Virus record (IMG/VR): IMGVR_UViG_3300021093_003900
Location: 32,001 to 96,000 of that record
Length of the DNA stretch: 64,000 nt
Direction: 5' to 3' (one strand)
Source: a virus
In this document: piece after piece, positions 19,952-30,516 of the stretch
Numbering within the stretch: the first letter of the stretch is position 1
How the letters are laid out: every line of letters starts with the position of its first letter
Made by a program: the position numbers and the translations under genes
Notes under the pieces: model-generated
Seen by the model: the letters and a program-made list of their open reading frames with translations, nothing else
Database searches by the model: none
Told to the model about the DNA's origin: nothing

Positions 19952-21062
19952 ATGTTTTTTTTTGTTGAACCATTTTGTTAATCCATTCGTATGTTTTTTC
20001 AATACCTTCTTTGAGTGGCATTGTACTTTCCCACCCAACTTTTTCTTTGTATAATTTATTATCGGAGTTTCTACCTCTGACCCCAGTTGGGCATTTAAAT
20101 CCGTATTTTTTTATAAACTCATCGCCATCAATATTAGTAATTTTGATATTCTTACCTGATATATTGATTGCAAGTTGTGCCAATTCATTAATTGAAACCA
20201 TTTCTTCTGACCCAATGTTCACTGGCCCTGTGAAATCGCTTTCCATTAATCTTAAAACCGCCTCAACACATTCCTCAACATACATAAATGATCGTGTTTG
20301 CTTACCATCACCCCAAACTTCAATTTCATAATCAGGTCTTGATTGTTCTTCGATTTTGATTGCATCATCGATTTCTGCGACTTTTCTACACATTGCTGCT
20401 GGTGATTTTTCTTTACCACCAATCCAAGTACCTTGTGGGCCAAAAATATTATGAAATCTTGCAATTCTAACATTAAGACCATAGTTTCGAGAAAATGCTA
20501 GATATAAACGTTCAGAAAAAAGTTTTTCCCAACCATACTCCGAATCTGGATTCGCTGGATATGCCGATGATTCTTCACAGTTTGGATTATCTGGATCTAG
20601 TTGATTATGTTCAGGATACATACAAGCCGAAGAAGAGTAAAATACTTTACCTACTTTTGTTTTGACAGCTTCATGAGCAACATTAAGATTTATTGTTGCT
20701 GAGTTATGCATTACATCCGCATCGTGATTACCTGTAAAAATGTATCCAGCACCACCCATATCTGCAGCAAGTTGGTAGACCTCATCAAAACCTTGGGTTT
20801 TCAGGAAAGGTTGTTTGAGATATTTGAATGGTTGTGGGTACCCACTATTGTTGACTTCTAATCTCATTATCGCTTCCACGTTATGAGAATCTCTTAAATC
20901 ATAGGTGAGAAATTCATCACATATTTCATTTTCAGGGAAGTATTCGTGTCGTTTTAAATCAACTACTCGTACATAATGTCCTTCGGACTTTAATCTTTTT
21001 GCTAGATGTCCTCCAATGAAACCTCCTCCACCGAGAACTAAAATATTTTTAAATTGTTTCAT
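19926..21062 (-). CDS. GDP-mannose 3,5-epimerase-like extended SDR
   Basis: GGGGFIG, QLAADMGGAGYI, YSSSACMYPE, SEYGWEKL, RFHNIFGP, EKSPAAMCRK, GVRGRNSDN. Confidence 0.9.
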   Translation of the reverse strand: MKQFKNILVLGGGGFIGGHLAKRLKSEGHYVRVVDLKRHEYFPENEICDEFLTYDLRDSHNVEAIMRLEVNNSGYPQPFKYLKQPFLKTQGFDEVYQLAADMGGAGYIFTGNHDADVMHNSATINLNVAHEAVKTKVGKVFYSSSACMYPEHNQLDPDNPNCEESSAYPANPDSEYGWEKLFSERLYLAFSRNYGLNVRIARFHNIFGPQGTWIGGKEKSPAAMCRKVAEIDDAIKIEEQSRPDYEIEVWGDGKQTRSFMYVEECVEAVLRLMESDFTGPVNIGSEEMVSINELAQLAINISGKNIKITNIDGDEFIKKYGFKCPTGVRGRNSDNKLYKEKVGWESTMPLKEGIEKTYEWINKMVQQKKTYAKISNSN

Positions 21063-21066
21063 AATA

Positions 21067-21639
21067 TTATTTAATATAAATAACTAATCTATCGGTTGGA
21101 TCTAGAACACTAGGCATTAACCAATAATCAATAATTTTTTTATTTTCAAATGTTCCTAATATTTTATCAATTGTCAGGGTTATTAGTGAATCATCTATTT
21201 GAACACTATGTCCCACACCAAATAATCGTACATCATCAATCAAAACCAACCCCAAATCACCAGTAAAATGTTTGTCAATAATACTACACTCTTGTAAAAC
21301 TGGAAAATCTATCTTACCTACCGAGGTACCAGGGCCAGAGTTGTGACCATCCAACCAAAATAAACTATTTCTAGGTTCTAATCTAAGTATGGTGCTAAGT
21401 ATGTCTATGGTATCTCCGTACATAACAGAAGTGTTAGATACCTCTTTGAATAACGCTTCGGCTCTATTATAAAGAGGCACATCAATTTCGATTGTGTATA
21501 CTTTCTCAAAAAGACTAGAAGCTAATTTTGTGGTTTCACCCATATATGTACCAGATTCAATGAATACTGGAAAATCCTGATATGTTTTGTCTATTTTATG
21601 TAGACATGTGTCTAGTAAATTTTTTTCTAAAGCTGGCAT
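21067..21639 (-). CDS. SAM-dependent methyltransferase-like protein
   Basis: FIESGTYMGET, VYTIE, FWLDGH, LIDDVRLF. Confidence 0.65.
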   Translation of the reverse strand: MPALEKNLLDTCLHKIDKTYQDFPVFIESGTYMGETTKLASSLFEKVYTIEIDVPLYNRAEALFKEVSNTSVMYGDTIDILSTILRLEPRNSLFWLDGHNSGPGTSVGKIDFPVLQECSIIDKHFTGDLGLVLIDDVRLFGVGHSVQIDDSLITLTIDKILGTFENKKIIDYWLMPSVLDPTDRLVIYIK

Positions 21640-21726
21640 AAATTCGCGGTTTAATTAATTTTTATATTTTTAAAAAAAAATAAAAATATTCGAAACAAAG
21701 TAAATATGTTATTGAATCTTATCGAT

Positions 21727-22662
21727 TCAATTGAAGTATGTTCGGTACTCTTTGAAATACAAATTTGTATTTTCAGGTAAATGATCAGTAAAATTGTGTA
21801 TATTATCAATAAACTTTAAAGTATTTCGATAACCAATTATTTCGTTCTCTAAGTTACGAATAAGATCTTGAGGATTTCTTTCTTGATAGACTGAAGCTGA
21901 AGTAAAAATAACAGAGTTGGGATGATAAAATTGTTGAATGTATGCACCCCAAATGTCATCCATTCTTCCGACAAATGGTAAAACTGAATAATTTTTCAAT
22001 ACACTTCTGTGCAGAAAAGTATTTTGTGAATTATATGGTGTCATTTGGTGTGTTGTGAATGGGTCAAATTTTTCAAATTTTACAATTGGTTTTTTACTCA
22101 ATCTACAGATCGCATCAATATCTGGATCACCATCCCAAAATTCAGCTTGTACTAAGGGTACAATTTCAATCTTTCCTTTATATTCAATATCGTTTTTGAC
22201 TTTCAAGTATTCAATAGGAAATCCTCTGTGCCACAAATCATTGTGACTAGTGATAGACAATGGATCAAAGTACGAACAATTAATGTTTTCATAGAGATCG
22301 ACAATAACCTTTTGTCCAACATAAATTTGATCACCCCAAAAATCGTAAGGGATATTATCATCATCTACTGTTGCAACTATCTCAGCTTGATTGAGGTAAG
22401 CGTAAATAAAACCGATATTTCTTCTTTGTATAGTATTCCAACCAATTACGTTAGATATTTTTGGAAATAATGTGTCTTGTTGTTCGGGGGAAAGATAAAC
22501 TACATTTTTGTAGTTTTTTTCTAGTTTTCTATATTCATTATGTGGTGTTTTTTTATCACCAACTATTATAAACTGAAAACCTTTTTTGTCAGCAATCTCA
22601 CAAAATTTTAGTGTTGCTTTAGTCGGACTATTAATCGTTGTGGTAACTATAAACTTTATCAT
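21727..22662 (-). CDS. STELLO/DUF288- or RGP-like glycosyltransferase; start revised to 22662
   Basis: IVTTTINSPT, VGDKKTP, RRNIGF, VDDDN, WHRGFP, GDPDIDAI, NSQNT, RMDDIW. Confidence 0.75.
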   Translation of the reverse strand: MIKFIVTTTINSPTKATLKFCEIADKKGFQFIIVGDKKTPHNEYRKLEKNYKNVVYLSPEQQDTLFPKISNVIGWNTIQRRNIGFIYAYLNQAEIVATVDDDNIPYDFWGDQIYVGQKVIVDLYENINCSYFDPLSITSHNDLWHRGFPIEYLKVKNDIEYKGKIEIVPLVQAEFWDGDPDIDAICRLSKKPIVKFEKFDPFTTHQMTPYNSQNTFLHRSVLKNYSVLPFVGRMDDIWGAYIQQFYHPNSVIFTSASVYQERNPQDLIRNLENEIIGYRNTLKFIDNIHNFTDHLPENTNLYFKEYRTYFN

Positions 22663-23381
22663 ACAAATTCTGGTGAGGGTAAACACATACCGTCAGTCCT
22701 GCGATTATGACGTTGTGTTCTTTCATTTGTTCTATGATTATGATATGTTGGATATCTTATTGCGGCTGATTTTGGTTTAAATCCTGCTTCGTAAATTTTA
22801 TTCAGAAAGCAATTTTCCCCACCTTGATTACCTAGAAAACAACCAGATTCTGCTATAAACTTTTTTGTTTTCCAAGCCCACCCACAATGGGCACATGGAA
22901 CAAACGATCGTACAGTTTCGTCATTCATAAACCAATTTTTATCTATAATTTTTTGAGTATTAAACATATTAAGACCATCATTATCTGATTGTTTATAAGC
23001 TTCTGGAGACTGACCAATACTCGGATCTCTCATAGATCGATTTGTAAAAAGTAAAAAAACATTATCGTCACATTCAAAATTCATAATTTCTTCTCCGAAT
23101 GTCGTGTCGGAATTTGTAAAAAACTTAAAATCCGTATCACTCGATACTTCATTTGTAAAATCATATAACTGTTTCATGGATATCATTCCCGTTTTATTCA
23201 AGTTATGGACACATATTTTATCAGAATCATAATCTTTAAACTTGAGATAGTCTTCGTTTTCTTGACACCAAACGTGTATAACATCAAAAAATTTCGAATT
23301 CCACTCCAAAGTATTCTTTATTTCTCTTAATCTTTCGTCACTATTATAACGAAATCCATCAATACTTAAAATTTTACGCAT
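22659..23381 (-). CDS. Hypothetical, possibly a GT-A protein
   Basis: FTNSDT, LGNQGGEN, TYHNH; lies within the glycan cluster. Confidence 0.5.
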   Translation of the reverse strand: MRKILSIDGFRYNSDERLREIKNTLEWNSKFFDVIHVWCQENEDYLKFKDYDSDKICVHNLNKTGMISMKQLYDFTNEVSSDTDFKFFTNSDTTFGEEIMNFECDDNVFLLFTNRSMRDPSIGQSPEAYKQSDNDGLNMFNTQKIIDKNWFMNDETVRSFVPCAHCGWAWKTKKFIAESGCFLGNQGGENCFLNKIYEAGFKPKSAAIRYPTYHNHRTNERTQRHNRRTDGMCLPSPEFV

Positions 23382-23384
23382 ACA

Positions 23385-24218
23385 CTAAATTTGTTCAATA
23401 TTAAATAAATATTCTCCTTTACCCCAATTTTCCGAGTTTTCAGTTTGTTGAAAATTCTGAATATATTTATGTTTATCATTACTAATTGTAACACCACCAG
23501 AACCATCACCGTGCCCATAATGGTTCATATGGAACACTGGTAAGTCCAATTTAGAAATGACCCCACACATAGCACCTTTCTTCATTAGGTTACTATCTGC
23601 AAAATTTCTGTAAATCATAGATTCTTCAAACCCCTTCATTTTGTACCATAAATTTCTGTGTGCAAGTTGATAGTCTCCACAACAAACAACAGTAGACCAC
23701 GGATCACCCACATCTTCAGGGATCCTATTTGCGTCAGGTTTTGCAAGATAATTTTGGAAATTAGTGATTAAATAATCACCAAAATCTTTATGATTTTGTA
23801 CACTTAAAAACTCATGTGGTTCCACATCTCTTCTAGGTGCGGCATACAAGGTGTTATGATCCAAAGAAGTTAAGTTTGGTCGATCAGCAATAATATCGAT
23901 GTTTGTTGATACAATAAAATCAGAAGTTGCAAGTCTTATACCAATATTTCGGGCTAAAACCTCGACAATTTGTATATTGGATAACCCTAAACCAAAATCC
24001 TCGATCATTTGTTTAGTTACTTCTATGTGTTTAAGTCTTCCTTTTTTTGGTACTAGTGATCTTATTTCTTCAATTAGAGACCTGTTCTCTGAATTCCAAT
24101 CTACATAAATAACTTCATCGTACCTTTCAATAAAATTTATTAAACATAGAGCACTACGATGATTTAAGTGTCCACCATAGTCATCATTTCTAGAAATTAT
24201 TACAGCAGTAATCGTCAT
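23385..24218 (-). CDS. GT-A glycosyltransferase
   Basis: SRNDDYGG, YVDWNS, ARNIGIR, STNIDI, CGDYQL, GFEESM. Confidence 0.75.
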   Translation of the reverse strand: MTITAVIISRNDDYGGHLNHRSALCLINFIERYDEVIYVDWNSENRSLIEEIRSLVPKKGRLKHIEVTKQMIEDFGLGLSNIQIVEVLARNIGIRLATSDFIVSTNIDIIADRPNLTSLDHNTLYAAPRRDVEPHEFLSVQNHKDFGDYLITNFQNYLAKPDANRIPEDVGDPWSTVVCCGDYQLAHRNLWYKMKGFEESMIYRNFADSNLMKKGAMCGVISKLDLPVFHMNHYGHGDGSGGVTISNDKHKYIQNFQQTENSENWGKGEYLFNIEQI

Positions 24219-24221
24219 TTT

Positions 24222-25223
24222 TTAATTTTTTAATTTTTTTAACCAATAGTTTAATAGATCTTTCATAGTTTGTTCCAGTGTATACTCGGGTTTCCAACCT
24301 GTAATTTCAAATAACTCTGTAGAATCACCTACTTGTACCTGTATGTCTATCGGTCTGTATAATTTATCATCTATTCTTTGTTCTATCTCGTTATAAGGAA
24401 TTCCAGACGCTTCAATTAATTTATCTGTAAAATATTGCATTTTATGTACGTCAGAACCACAAACGTTAAATACCTTTCCATCCGAATCTGGTGTCATCAT
24501 AAGAAGATAATATGCATTTACACAATCTCTTACATCTATAACAACTCGTTCAGTTTTGAGATTACCGACTCTGAGTACTTTTTCTTGTAAACCTAGAACC
24601 ATTTTAGCTATTTGGAATGCGTCAGATGAAATCGAAAAATTAAAACCTCGACGAGGGCCAGTATGTGAGAACGCTCTTGTAATAAAACCTTTTATAAAAC
24701 CATTTTTGAACCTTTCCTGAAGATATAAATCTATCGCGGCCTTAGATGCTGCGTATGGATTTGAAGGAGTTAACGGATCAGTAACTTTCAATATCCCTTT
24801 ATCTTTACAAGTGTCACCATATACCTCAGATGTTGAACAAAACATTAATTTAGTTTCTGTTTTTTCTAAGACAGTGATAATATTCATACTAGCCGTAACA
24901 TTTTCTTCAAACGTTAAAATTGGATCCGCAAAACTTGTTGGTGGATGTGATTGAGCGGCCAAATGAAAGACACCATCAAAAACTTGATTAAAAAATAATT
25001 TATGAACGGAGTGGTAAACTCTAAGATCCAAATTGTGAAAAGTAATAGAGTTGTATTCTTCTAAAGTTAGTATATCAAGTAGATCTGTTTGTCTACCATT
25101 TGGACATCGTATCACTCCGTGTACTTCATGTCCTTTTGATAACAAAAGTTTTGCTAAATTTGGTCCAGCAAATCCTGTTATTCCTGTGATTAAAAATTTC
25201 TTTTTCATTTCAGATAAATCCAA
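24222..25223 (-). CDS. gmd: GDP-mannose 4,6-dehydratase-like SDR
   Basis: ITGITGFAG, HLAAQSH, STSEVYG, PYAASK, FSHTGPRRG, RPID. Confidence 0.8.
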   Translation of the reverse strand: MDLSEMKKKFLITGITGFAGPNLAKLLLSKGHEVHGVIRCPNGRQTDLLDILTLEEYNSITFHNLDLRVYHSVHKLFFNQVFDGVFHLAAQSHPPTSFADPILTFEENVTASMNIITVLEKTETKLMFCSTSEVYGDTCKDKGILKVTDPLTPSNPYAASKAAIDLYLQERFKNGFIKGFITRAFSHTGPRRGFNFSISSDAFQIAKMVLGLQEKVLRVGNLKTERVVIDVRDCVNAYYLLMMTPDSDGKVFNVCGSDVHKMQYFTDKLIEASGIPYNEIEQRIDDKLYRPIDIQVQVGDSTELFEITGWKPEYTLEQTMKDLLNYWLKKLKN

Positions 25224-25915
25224 TTTTGTTTGAATAAGTTAATTATATGATAAAAGTTTGGAGTTGTAAATCTTGAAGTTAAAAACATTTTATCAGCTTT
25301 CAATTTCAATTTCTCCAATATGTAATTGAATGATGTATCTACTATCGAAATTTCTTTTGCGTTTTCAAAAACTTTGGCCCAGTCAAAGGGGGTAAATTCG
25401 TCTGTAATCTCAACTTTTATAACTTTGTAAAGTTTATTGTAAGGAACTGGTTTCGATGCTGTATGAGGAGGGGTACCCCATGTGTTTGAAACAACTACAT
25501 AGTCCTCATCATCTTTCAATCCCAAAAAATTGTAGTATAGATTATTTTCTTTCTCTTTGTTTCTTTTCCAAGTGAAATGACCTTGCCAACCATTGAAATC
25601 ATGTCCAACGAAAGAATATTTCACTTCCATACATGAACCAGGTAAGTGTTGATCGGCAAAACGAATTGGATAATATTCAAACTCAGGTTCTCTTACAATC
25701 TGACTACTACTCATAAATTGCTTGTATGGAAAACTTTCACTTAGCGTGTAAAACTCTAAGTTTGGTTTGGAAATATAATCTTTAACGAATATAAGATTGT
25801 CAGCAACAGGAAATATTACTTTAAACCCCTCTTGTATTTTCAAATCAACAAACTTTTGGAGAAAAAAAATATCTCCAAGACCAGCAGGTTGGTTTATTAA
25901 ACATGTTTTAAACAC
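25205..25915 (-). CDS. Putative glycosyltransferase
   Basis: QPAGLGDIFF N-terminus; AKEISIVDTSF. Confidence 0.5.
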   Translation of the reverse strand: MFKTCLINQPAGLGDIFFLQKFVDLKIQEGFKVIFPVADNLIFVKDYISKPNLEFYTLSESFPYKQFMSSSQIVREPEFEYYPIRFADQHLPGSCMEVKYSFVGHDFNGWQGHFTWKRNKEKENNLYYNFLGLKDDEDYVVVSNTWGTPPHTASKPVPYNKLYKVIKVEITDEFTPFDWAKVFENAKEISIVDTSFNYILEKLKLKADKMFLTSRFTTPNFYHIINLFKQNWIYLK

Positions 25916-26717
25916 AATTTTTTATGTAATTTTCAAACAACCAATCATCTAAAATTTCATATTGGAGTGCCCTCTCAAAGTTTTCTTTTATTGAATTGAT
26001 TTTTGAATGATAAAGTTCTGGTGTTAGTAATGATAGATCTTCTAAATCATCCAAAAATATTATACCGTCGGAATTGAAATGTTGAACAATTTTTTTAGTA
26101 CCTTTAAATACTGGGATTGTTCCAGTCAAAAAACAATCTAATATTTTTTCAGTAAAATAGGTATCATACGTATTATTTTCAATTGCTATCGAAAACATGT
26201 AGTCAACTAACCCTGTTTCTTTTTTTTCAATTTCTCCGAAACCTCTACCAAACAAGTCTAATTTGTCTCTATTTTGAAGAGCAAAATTATATCTAAACCT
26301 ATGTTGTTCAGTAGCTTGTTTATCTGAAGTTATCATTGAAATCAACTTAGATTTAGTGTAAATTTTAGGTTCCTCGATATAAGACCCATAAGCTGGAGAC
26401 CATTTAAAAATAGGATCAAGTTGAACTAGTTCGTCATTGTGTGTCCAAACTTGTTCGTAGGTATTCTTAATTTTTTCGACTTCAGACTTTGCTTGTTCCG
26501 ATGTACCACCATCGTAGGATTTACTTTCGAGGATCCATAGAAACTTTTTTTTACCATCGTTAGCATCTCCGAATCCAGCCCACATACCGCCATCAATATA
26601 AACAGATATTGGATTTTCACGTGAAAAAAAATCCCATTTAATGTGTTTAGAAACTTTCCACCAAGTTGAGCAATATGCATGAGCAAAATTACCCGATAAC
26701 ATATTCAAATGTACCAT
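25908..26717 (-). CDS. GT10-like (alpha-1,3-fucosyltransferase-type) glycosyltransferase
   Basis: YMFSIAIEN...YFTEKILDCFLTGTIPVFKG. Confidence 0.8.
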   Translation of the reverse strand: MVHLNMLSGNFAHAYCSTWWKVSKHIKWDFFSRENPISVYIDGGMWAGFGDANDGKKKFLWILESKSYDGGTSEQAKSEVEKIKNTYEQVWTHNDELVQLDPIFKWSPAYGSYIEEPKIYTKSKLISMITSDKQATEQHRFRYNFALQNRDKLDLFGRGFGEIEKKETGLVDYMFSIAIENNTYDTYFTEKILDCFLTGTIPVFKGTKKIVQHFNSDGIIFLDDLEDLSLLTPELYHSKINSIKENFERALQYEILDDWLFENYIKNCV

Positions 26718-26721
26718 ATTA

Positions 26722-27333
26722 TTATTTTTTTATGAAGAAACCATCACCCCAAGTACCACCATCCCAAGTTTGCTCAACTAATTCGAAACCGTACGGGGAT
26801 AAGAAATCGATTAATTGTTCAATACGCGTACAGTCTTGGTAGAGCTCGTCTCGATTTATTTCGGACATAATATAGTCAATATTGTGTAAAGTTTTCTCGG
26901 CACCTTTAAATACCTCCAATTCATAACCTTGGACATCAATATTTATAAAGTTGAAACCTAAAAGATCAATACCCAAATCGTCTAATCGTTTCATTTCAAC
27001 TTCTTCAGTTGACTCAAATTTGATATGTGGATATTGTGTAAGATGTAATACTGGATTCAAAATCGAACTAGATTGACCGTTATTAGCTGTTTCAACATTC
27101 ATTGAAATTTTTTTATTATCATTTCCTAAGGCAATATTCATCAACGTATAGTTTTCACCAATATTGTTTTTTAATACTTTAAAGTTTGATGATAAAGGTT
27201 CAAAAAAAATTCTTCTTTGTATACCAAGATCGTTATATGCATTGTTTTCCTCACCGAAGTGGGCACCAATATGAAGAACGCCATTGATCTTCATATTGTA
27301 TTTATTGACGATTGCGTTTAAGTTAAGCAACAT
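26722..27333 (-). CDS. FkbM-family methyltransferase
   Basis: LHIGAHFGEE, FEP, QSSSIL, NIDVQGYELEVFKG, WGDGFF. Confidence 0.88.
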   Translation of the reverse strand: MLLNLNAIVNKYNMKINGVLHIGAHFGEENNAYNDLGIQRRIFFEPLSSNFKVLKNNIGENYTLMNIALGNDNKKISMNVETANNGQSSSILNPVLHLTQYPHIKFESTEEVEMKRLDDLGIDLLGFNFINIDVQGYELEVFKGAEKTLHNIDYIMSEINRDELYQDCTRIEQLIDFLSPYGFELVEQTWDGGTWGDGFFIKK

Positions 27334-28147
27334 ATTCTAATATTCCATTTTTTGATTCTACGTTTATGATAATCCAATTTGATTCGTAAATGTCTTTAAA
27401 GTTTGATGGACCACCAGTACCAAACCAAATCGACGGTGCAATTACTTTTTTATTTTCATTTCTATTGAGAAAACTTCCCCACCACGAGAAAGTTGAATTA
27501 CAAATGATATTATTTTTACACAGCGACATTAACCAAATTTCTTTATAATCTTCATCCTCTTCTACTATAATCATATTGGGAAAGTTCAGATTTTCTTTTA
27601 CCCAGTTTTTGTCTTCCGAAAAAACAAAAATTGTAGAATAATCTTGTACCAAATGCAAAGCTCTTTGGATGTAACTTAAACCAACACTAGGATGGATGTG
27701 AGGGTTCATCAAATAGTCACCTCTTCTGATATGAATTGAGACGGTATTTGAGTCATTCAATTGGGGATATTTATAGAAAAAATCTGTAACTACATCATTA
27801 GTAGGTGAAAAAAGTTCACGCACCTCATTATCGTATCCTAAAAAATTTTTACTACTTTGAAAGTATCCAGTAAAAACAGTTTTTTCATCAAATGGTTTTA
27901 CTGAACTATATTCCCATTCCCAAGGGTTTATAACCACTTCCTTGAATCCATTGTGAGATGTACCAAACTGAAAATTTTTAAAAATATTTTTAGTGTAGTT
28001 TTCAATACCTTTACCTTGCATAGGTGTCCATGAATGAGGTAAAATAAAAACTGGTCGATTATGTTTTAATCCTTGACAATAGGCATGTGCTGCCTGAAAC
28101 ATTTGGTTCCCTAGACCACCCATCAACTTACATGAAATATAATTCAT
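27323..28147 (-). CDS. GT11 alpha-1,2-fucosyltransferase-like protein
   Basis: GGLGNQMFQ, GYFQS, HIRRGDY, NSTFSWWG. Confidence 0.9.
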   Translation of the reverse strand: MNYISCKLMGGLGNQMFQAAHAYCQGLKHNRPVFILPHSWTPMQGKGIENYTKNIFKNFQFGTSHNGFKEVVINPWEWEYSSVKPFDEKTVFTGYFQSSKNFLGYDNEVRELFSPTNDVVTDFFYKYPQLNDSNTVSIHIRRGDYLMNPHIHPSVGLSYIQRALHLVQDYSTIFVFSEDKNWVKENLNFPNMIIVEEDEDYKEIWLMSLCKNNIICNSTFSWWGSFLNRNENKKVIAPSIWFGTGGPSNFKDIYESNWIIINVESKNGILEYVA

Positions 28148-28869
28148 CGATTGAGTGTTTTTAATTTGGGTTTATTACGAATTTGGTCAGCGTTTTTATT
28201 TTGAATACTTACACCACCACCAGCACTTAAATCTTTATGGTCATTATATGGGGATTCAGCGTTATAAACATATGAAATTTTATCAATGAATTTATAGTGT
28301 TTTTTTCCCGCTAATTCGATTAGAGGAAATGAGTATGCAACGTCAGCCCCAGATTTATAATACTCATTATTTTCATCTAAAAAGTTTTCTTTTGGTATAT
28401 TTTTCCATAAGAATGACTTCCAAGTTCTTAAATGTGAAAATCTGAAAGGATCCGACCTGATCGTATCAGGGTTACATTCTTGAGAAAATCCACTATTTCC
28501 ATTACTATACATAAAAGACCCGTTGGTTAACCAAATATTTTTGTCGGAATAAGTCTTATTTATCAATGATAATACATCATTACCCAGAAGAAAATCATCA
28601 GCATCCACTTCAACTACAATATCTTCATCATCAAATTGAGAAATTAATTCGTCCATATTTTTCAATTTAAACTTTTTTTCATCGTTCTTGATTAAAATGA
28701 ACCGATCATCCCCGCCTATAAGTTCTTGTGCAAATTCATATCCACCGTCGGTAGATAAATCATCAATCATATAAACGTAGAAGTGATTCAAAGTTTGTAT
28801 TTTCAAACTTTTTACGTATGTCGAAAGATAATTTTTTGCGTTCCAAAAACACGATACTACTTTGATCAT
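28144..28869 (-). CDS. GT2 glycosyltransferase
   Basis: IDDLSTDG, EVDADDFL, SHLRTWK. Confidence 0.85.
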   Translation of the reverse strand: MIKVVSCFWNAKNYLSTYVKSLKIQTLNHFYVYMIDDLSTDGGYEFAQELIGGDDRFILIKNDEKKFKLKNMDELISQFDDEDIVVEVDADDFLLGNDVLSLINKTYSDKNIWLTNGSFMYSNGNSGFSQECNPDTIRSDPFRFSHLRTWKSFLWKNIPKENFLDENNEYYKSGADVAYSFPLIELAGKKHYKFIDKISYVYNAESPYNDHKDLSAGGGVSIQNKNADQIRNKPKLKTLNR

Positions 28870-28870
28870 A

Positions 28871-30514
28871 TTATATCTGTTGATTTACTACTCGATAGTA
28901 TTTGTCCTCAATTAATTGACCAACAACATCACTATTAAATTTATTTAACTCTTCACTAGATGGTGGTGTGGTCAAAGTTTTTTCTATAATATTTCCAGAT
29001 GAATCAACTTTATAAATCCACGCTGGTTTTCCGCAAAACCAACTTTCGATTGTCGTGCGACCAAGTAATATACCTGCAGTTTCACTAACTCTCTTAATGT
29101 AATCTTCAGTTCTCCATGTTGAGTTAAAGTATTTGACATGGGAATTTTGTAGTAAAGTTTCTAGATAATTTGATTTATTATCACCGACAAGCCACAATTC
29201 TTTTCCATTTTCTTTTGTGTAAGAAACTAAATCCTTGATTGTGTTTTCTCTTAAGTAATCAATACTACCAACAAATAAGACCGCATTCTCGACTTGAGTA
29301 TTTTTTTGAGAAAATCGTTCATTATCAACAGGGTTATAAATTACAGAAGTTCTTTCTCTAGGTATTTCATAAACGTCAATAATATGTTCTTGAATTTCTG
29401 GACGAATACAAATATATTCACGAATTGTTTCATTAATTACTGGTTTTTCCAAACGTATTACTTCTGAATGAATAGTTGAAATTTTTGGAATATTCGGATA
29501 AAGTTGACAAATATAATTTGTTGTAGGTTCGTGCTGAACATGTATAATATCAAAATTCACTTCAGATACTTTATACATTGTATTAGGTATAGATAAGACC
29601 ATTCCTTCTTGTGTTCTTAAACTCCATTTACCATCACCCAATTTGAACCCAGGTGGTTCTTTTAATGAGTACACCTTGATTCCTAGTTTTTTTGCCATGT
29701 CTTCTAAAGGTCGCCCAATATCAGAAAGCACCGAGACATCATGACCTAATTTTACAAGTGTCTTTGCTAATTCGTAAACATAAACTTCAGAACCTGTAAA
29801 TGTTTTAAAAAAGAGACAAGACAACAAAATTTTTAGTTTTTCTTCTTTTTTCTTCGGTAGAATTTTCGGAAGTTCATTTGAATATCTTTCAATAAATTTA
29901 ACTCTATTTTCTTCCCACTTTTCGTTTGTCATACCGATAGACTTATGTGTGACACGTATATCAAACATAACTCCAATTTGTACTCCTTCCAAAAAGTTTT
30001 GAAATGAAAAGTTAACATCGTAAAAATGAAAACCTTTGACAGTTTCATCAAATCTAGTTTTAATTCTGGATTTACTTAAACAAATAAATAATCCATCAAC
30101 CATAACAACGTCTTTTAGTTTATCGCCTAAACTAGAACTATATTTTGATTCCCATTTTTTACCATCACTTTCATGATTTACAATACCAAACATTTTACTC
30201 CTATCTTCCCACCACATTCCACTTTTTGGTACATACGTTGTTCCAGCCAAACCAATTATTCCGTGTGGATTTTTTTCAAAGTGTCTTGTCAGTTTTTTTG
30301 CCCAATTTTTAGTATCAAAGTAAATGTCATCATGACATAAAACAACTATATCATTTGAGGCTTCATTCAAAATTTCATTATAAACTTCTGTTAATGAACG
30401 ACCGTTTGAATTTACTTTTTCGATAATTTCGACTTTTGGTAAACCACTTGATTTACGAAGTAACTCTTTGAATTCTTCTGAAGAATTTCTTGTACTATAT
30501 CCTATCGTAATCAT
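28871..30514 (-). CDS. Bifunctional GT2-like plus GT4-like glycosyltransferase
   Basis: N-terminal YNEIL, LCHDDI, FHFYDV; C-terminal TGSEVYVYELA, YNPVD, LGRTTIESW. Confidence 0.8.
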   Translation of the reverse strand: MITIGYSTRNSSEEFKELLRKSSGLPKVEIIEKVNSNGRSLTEVYNEILNEASNDIVVLCHDDIYFDTKNWAKKLTRHFEKNPHGIIGLAGTTYVPKSGMWWEDRSKMFGIVNHESDGKKWESKYSSSLGDKLKDVVMVDGLFICLSKSRIKTRFDETVKGFHFYDVNFSFQNFLEGVQIGVMFDIRVTHKSIGMTNEKWEENRVKFIERYSNELPKILPKKKEEKLKILLSCLFFKTFTGSEVYVYELAKTLVKLGHDVSVLSDIGRPLEDMAKKLGIKVYSLKEPPGFKLGDGKWSLRTQEGMVLSIPNTMYKVSEVNFDIIHVQHEPTTNYICQLYPNIPKISTIHSEVIRLEKPVINETIREYICIRPEIQEHIIDVYEIPRERTSVIYNPVDNERFSQKNTQVENAVLFVGSIDYLRENTIKDLVSYTKENGKELWLVGDNKSNYLETLLQNSHVKYFNSTWRTEDYIKRVSETAGILLGRTTIESWFCGKPAWIYKVDSSGNIIEKTLTTPPSSEELNKFNSDVVGQLIEDKYYRVVNQQI

Positions 30515-30516
30515 AA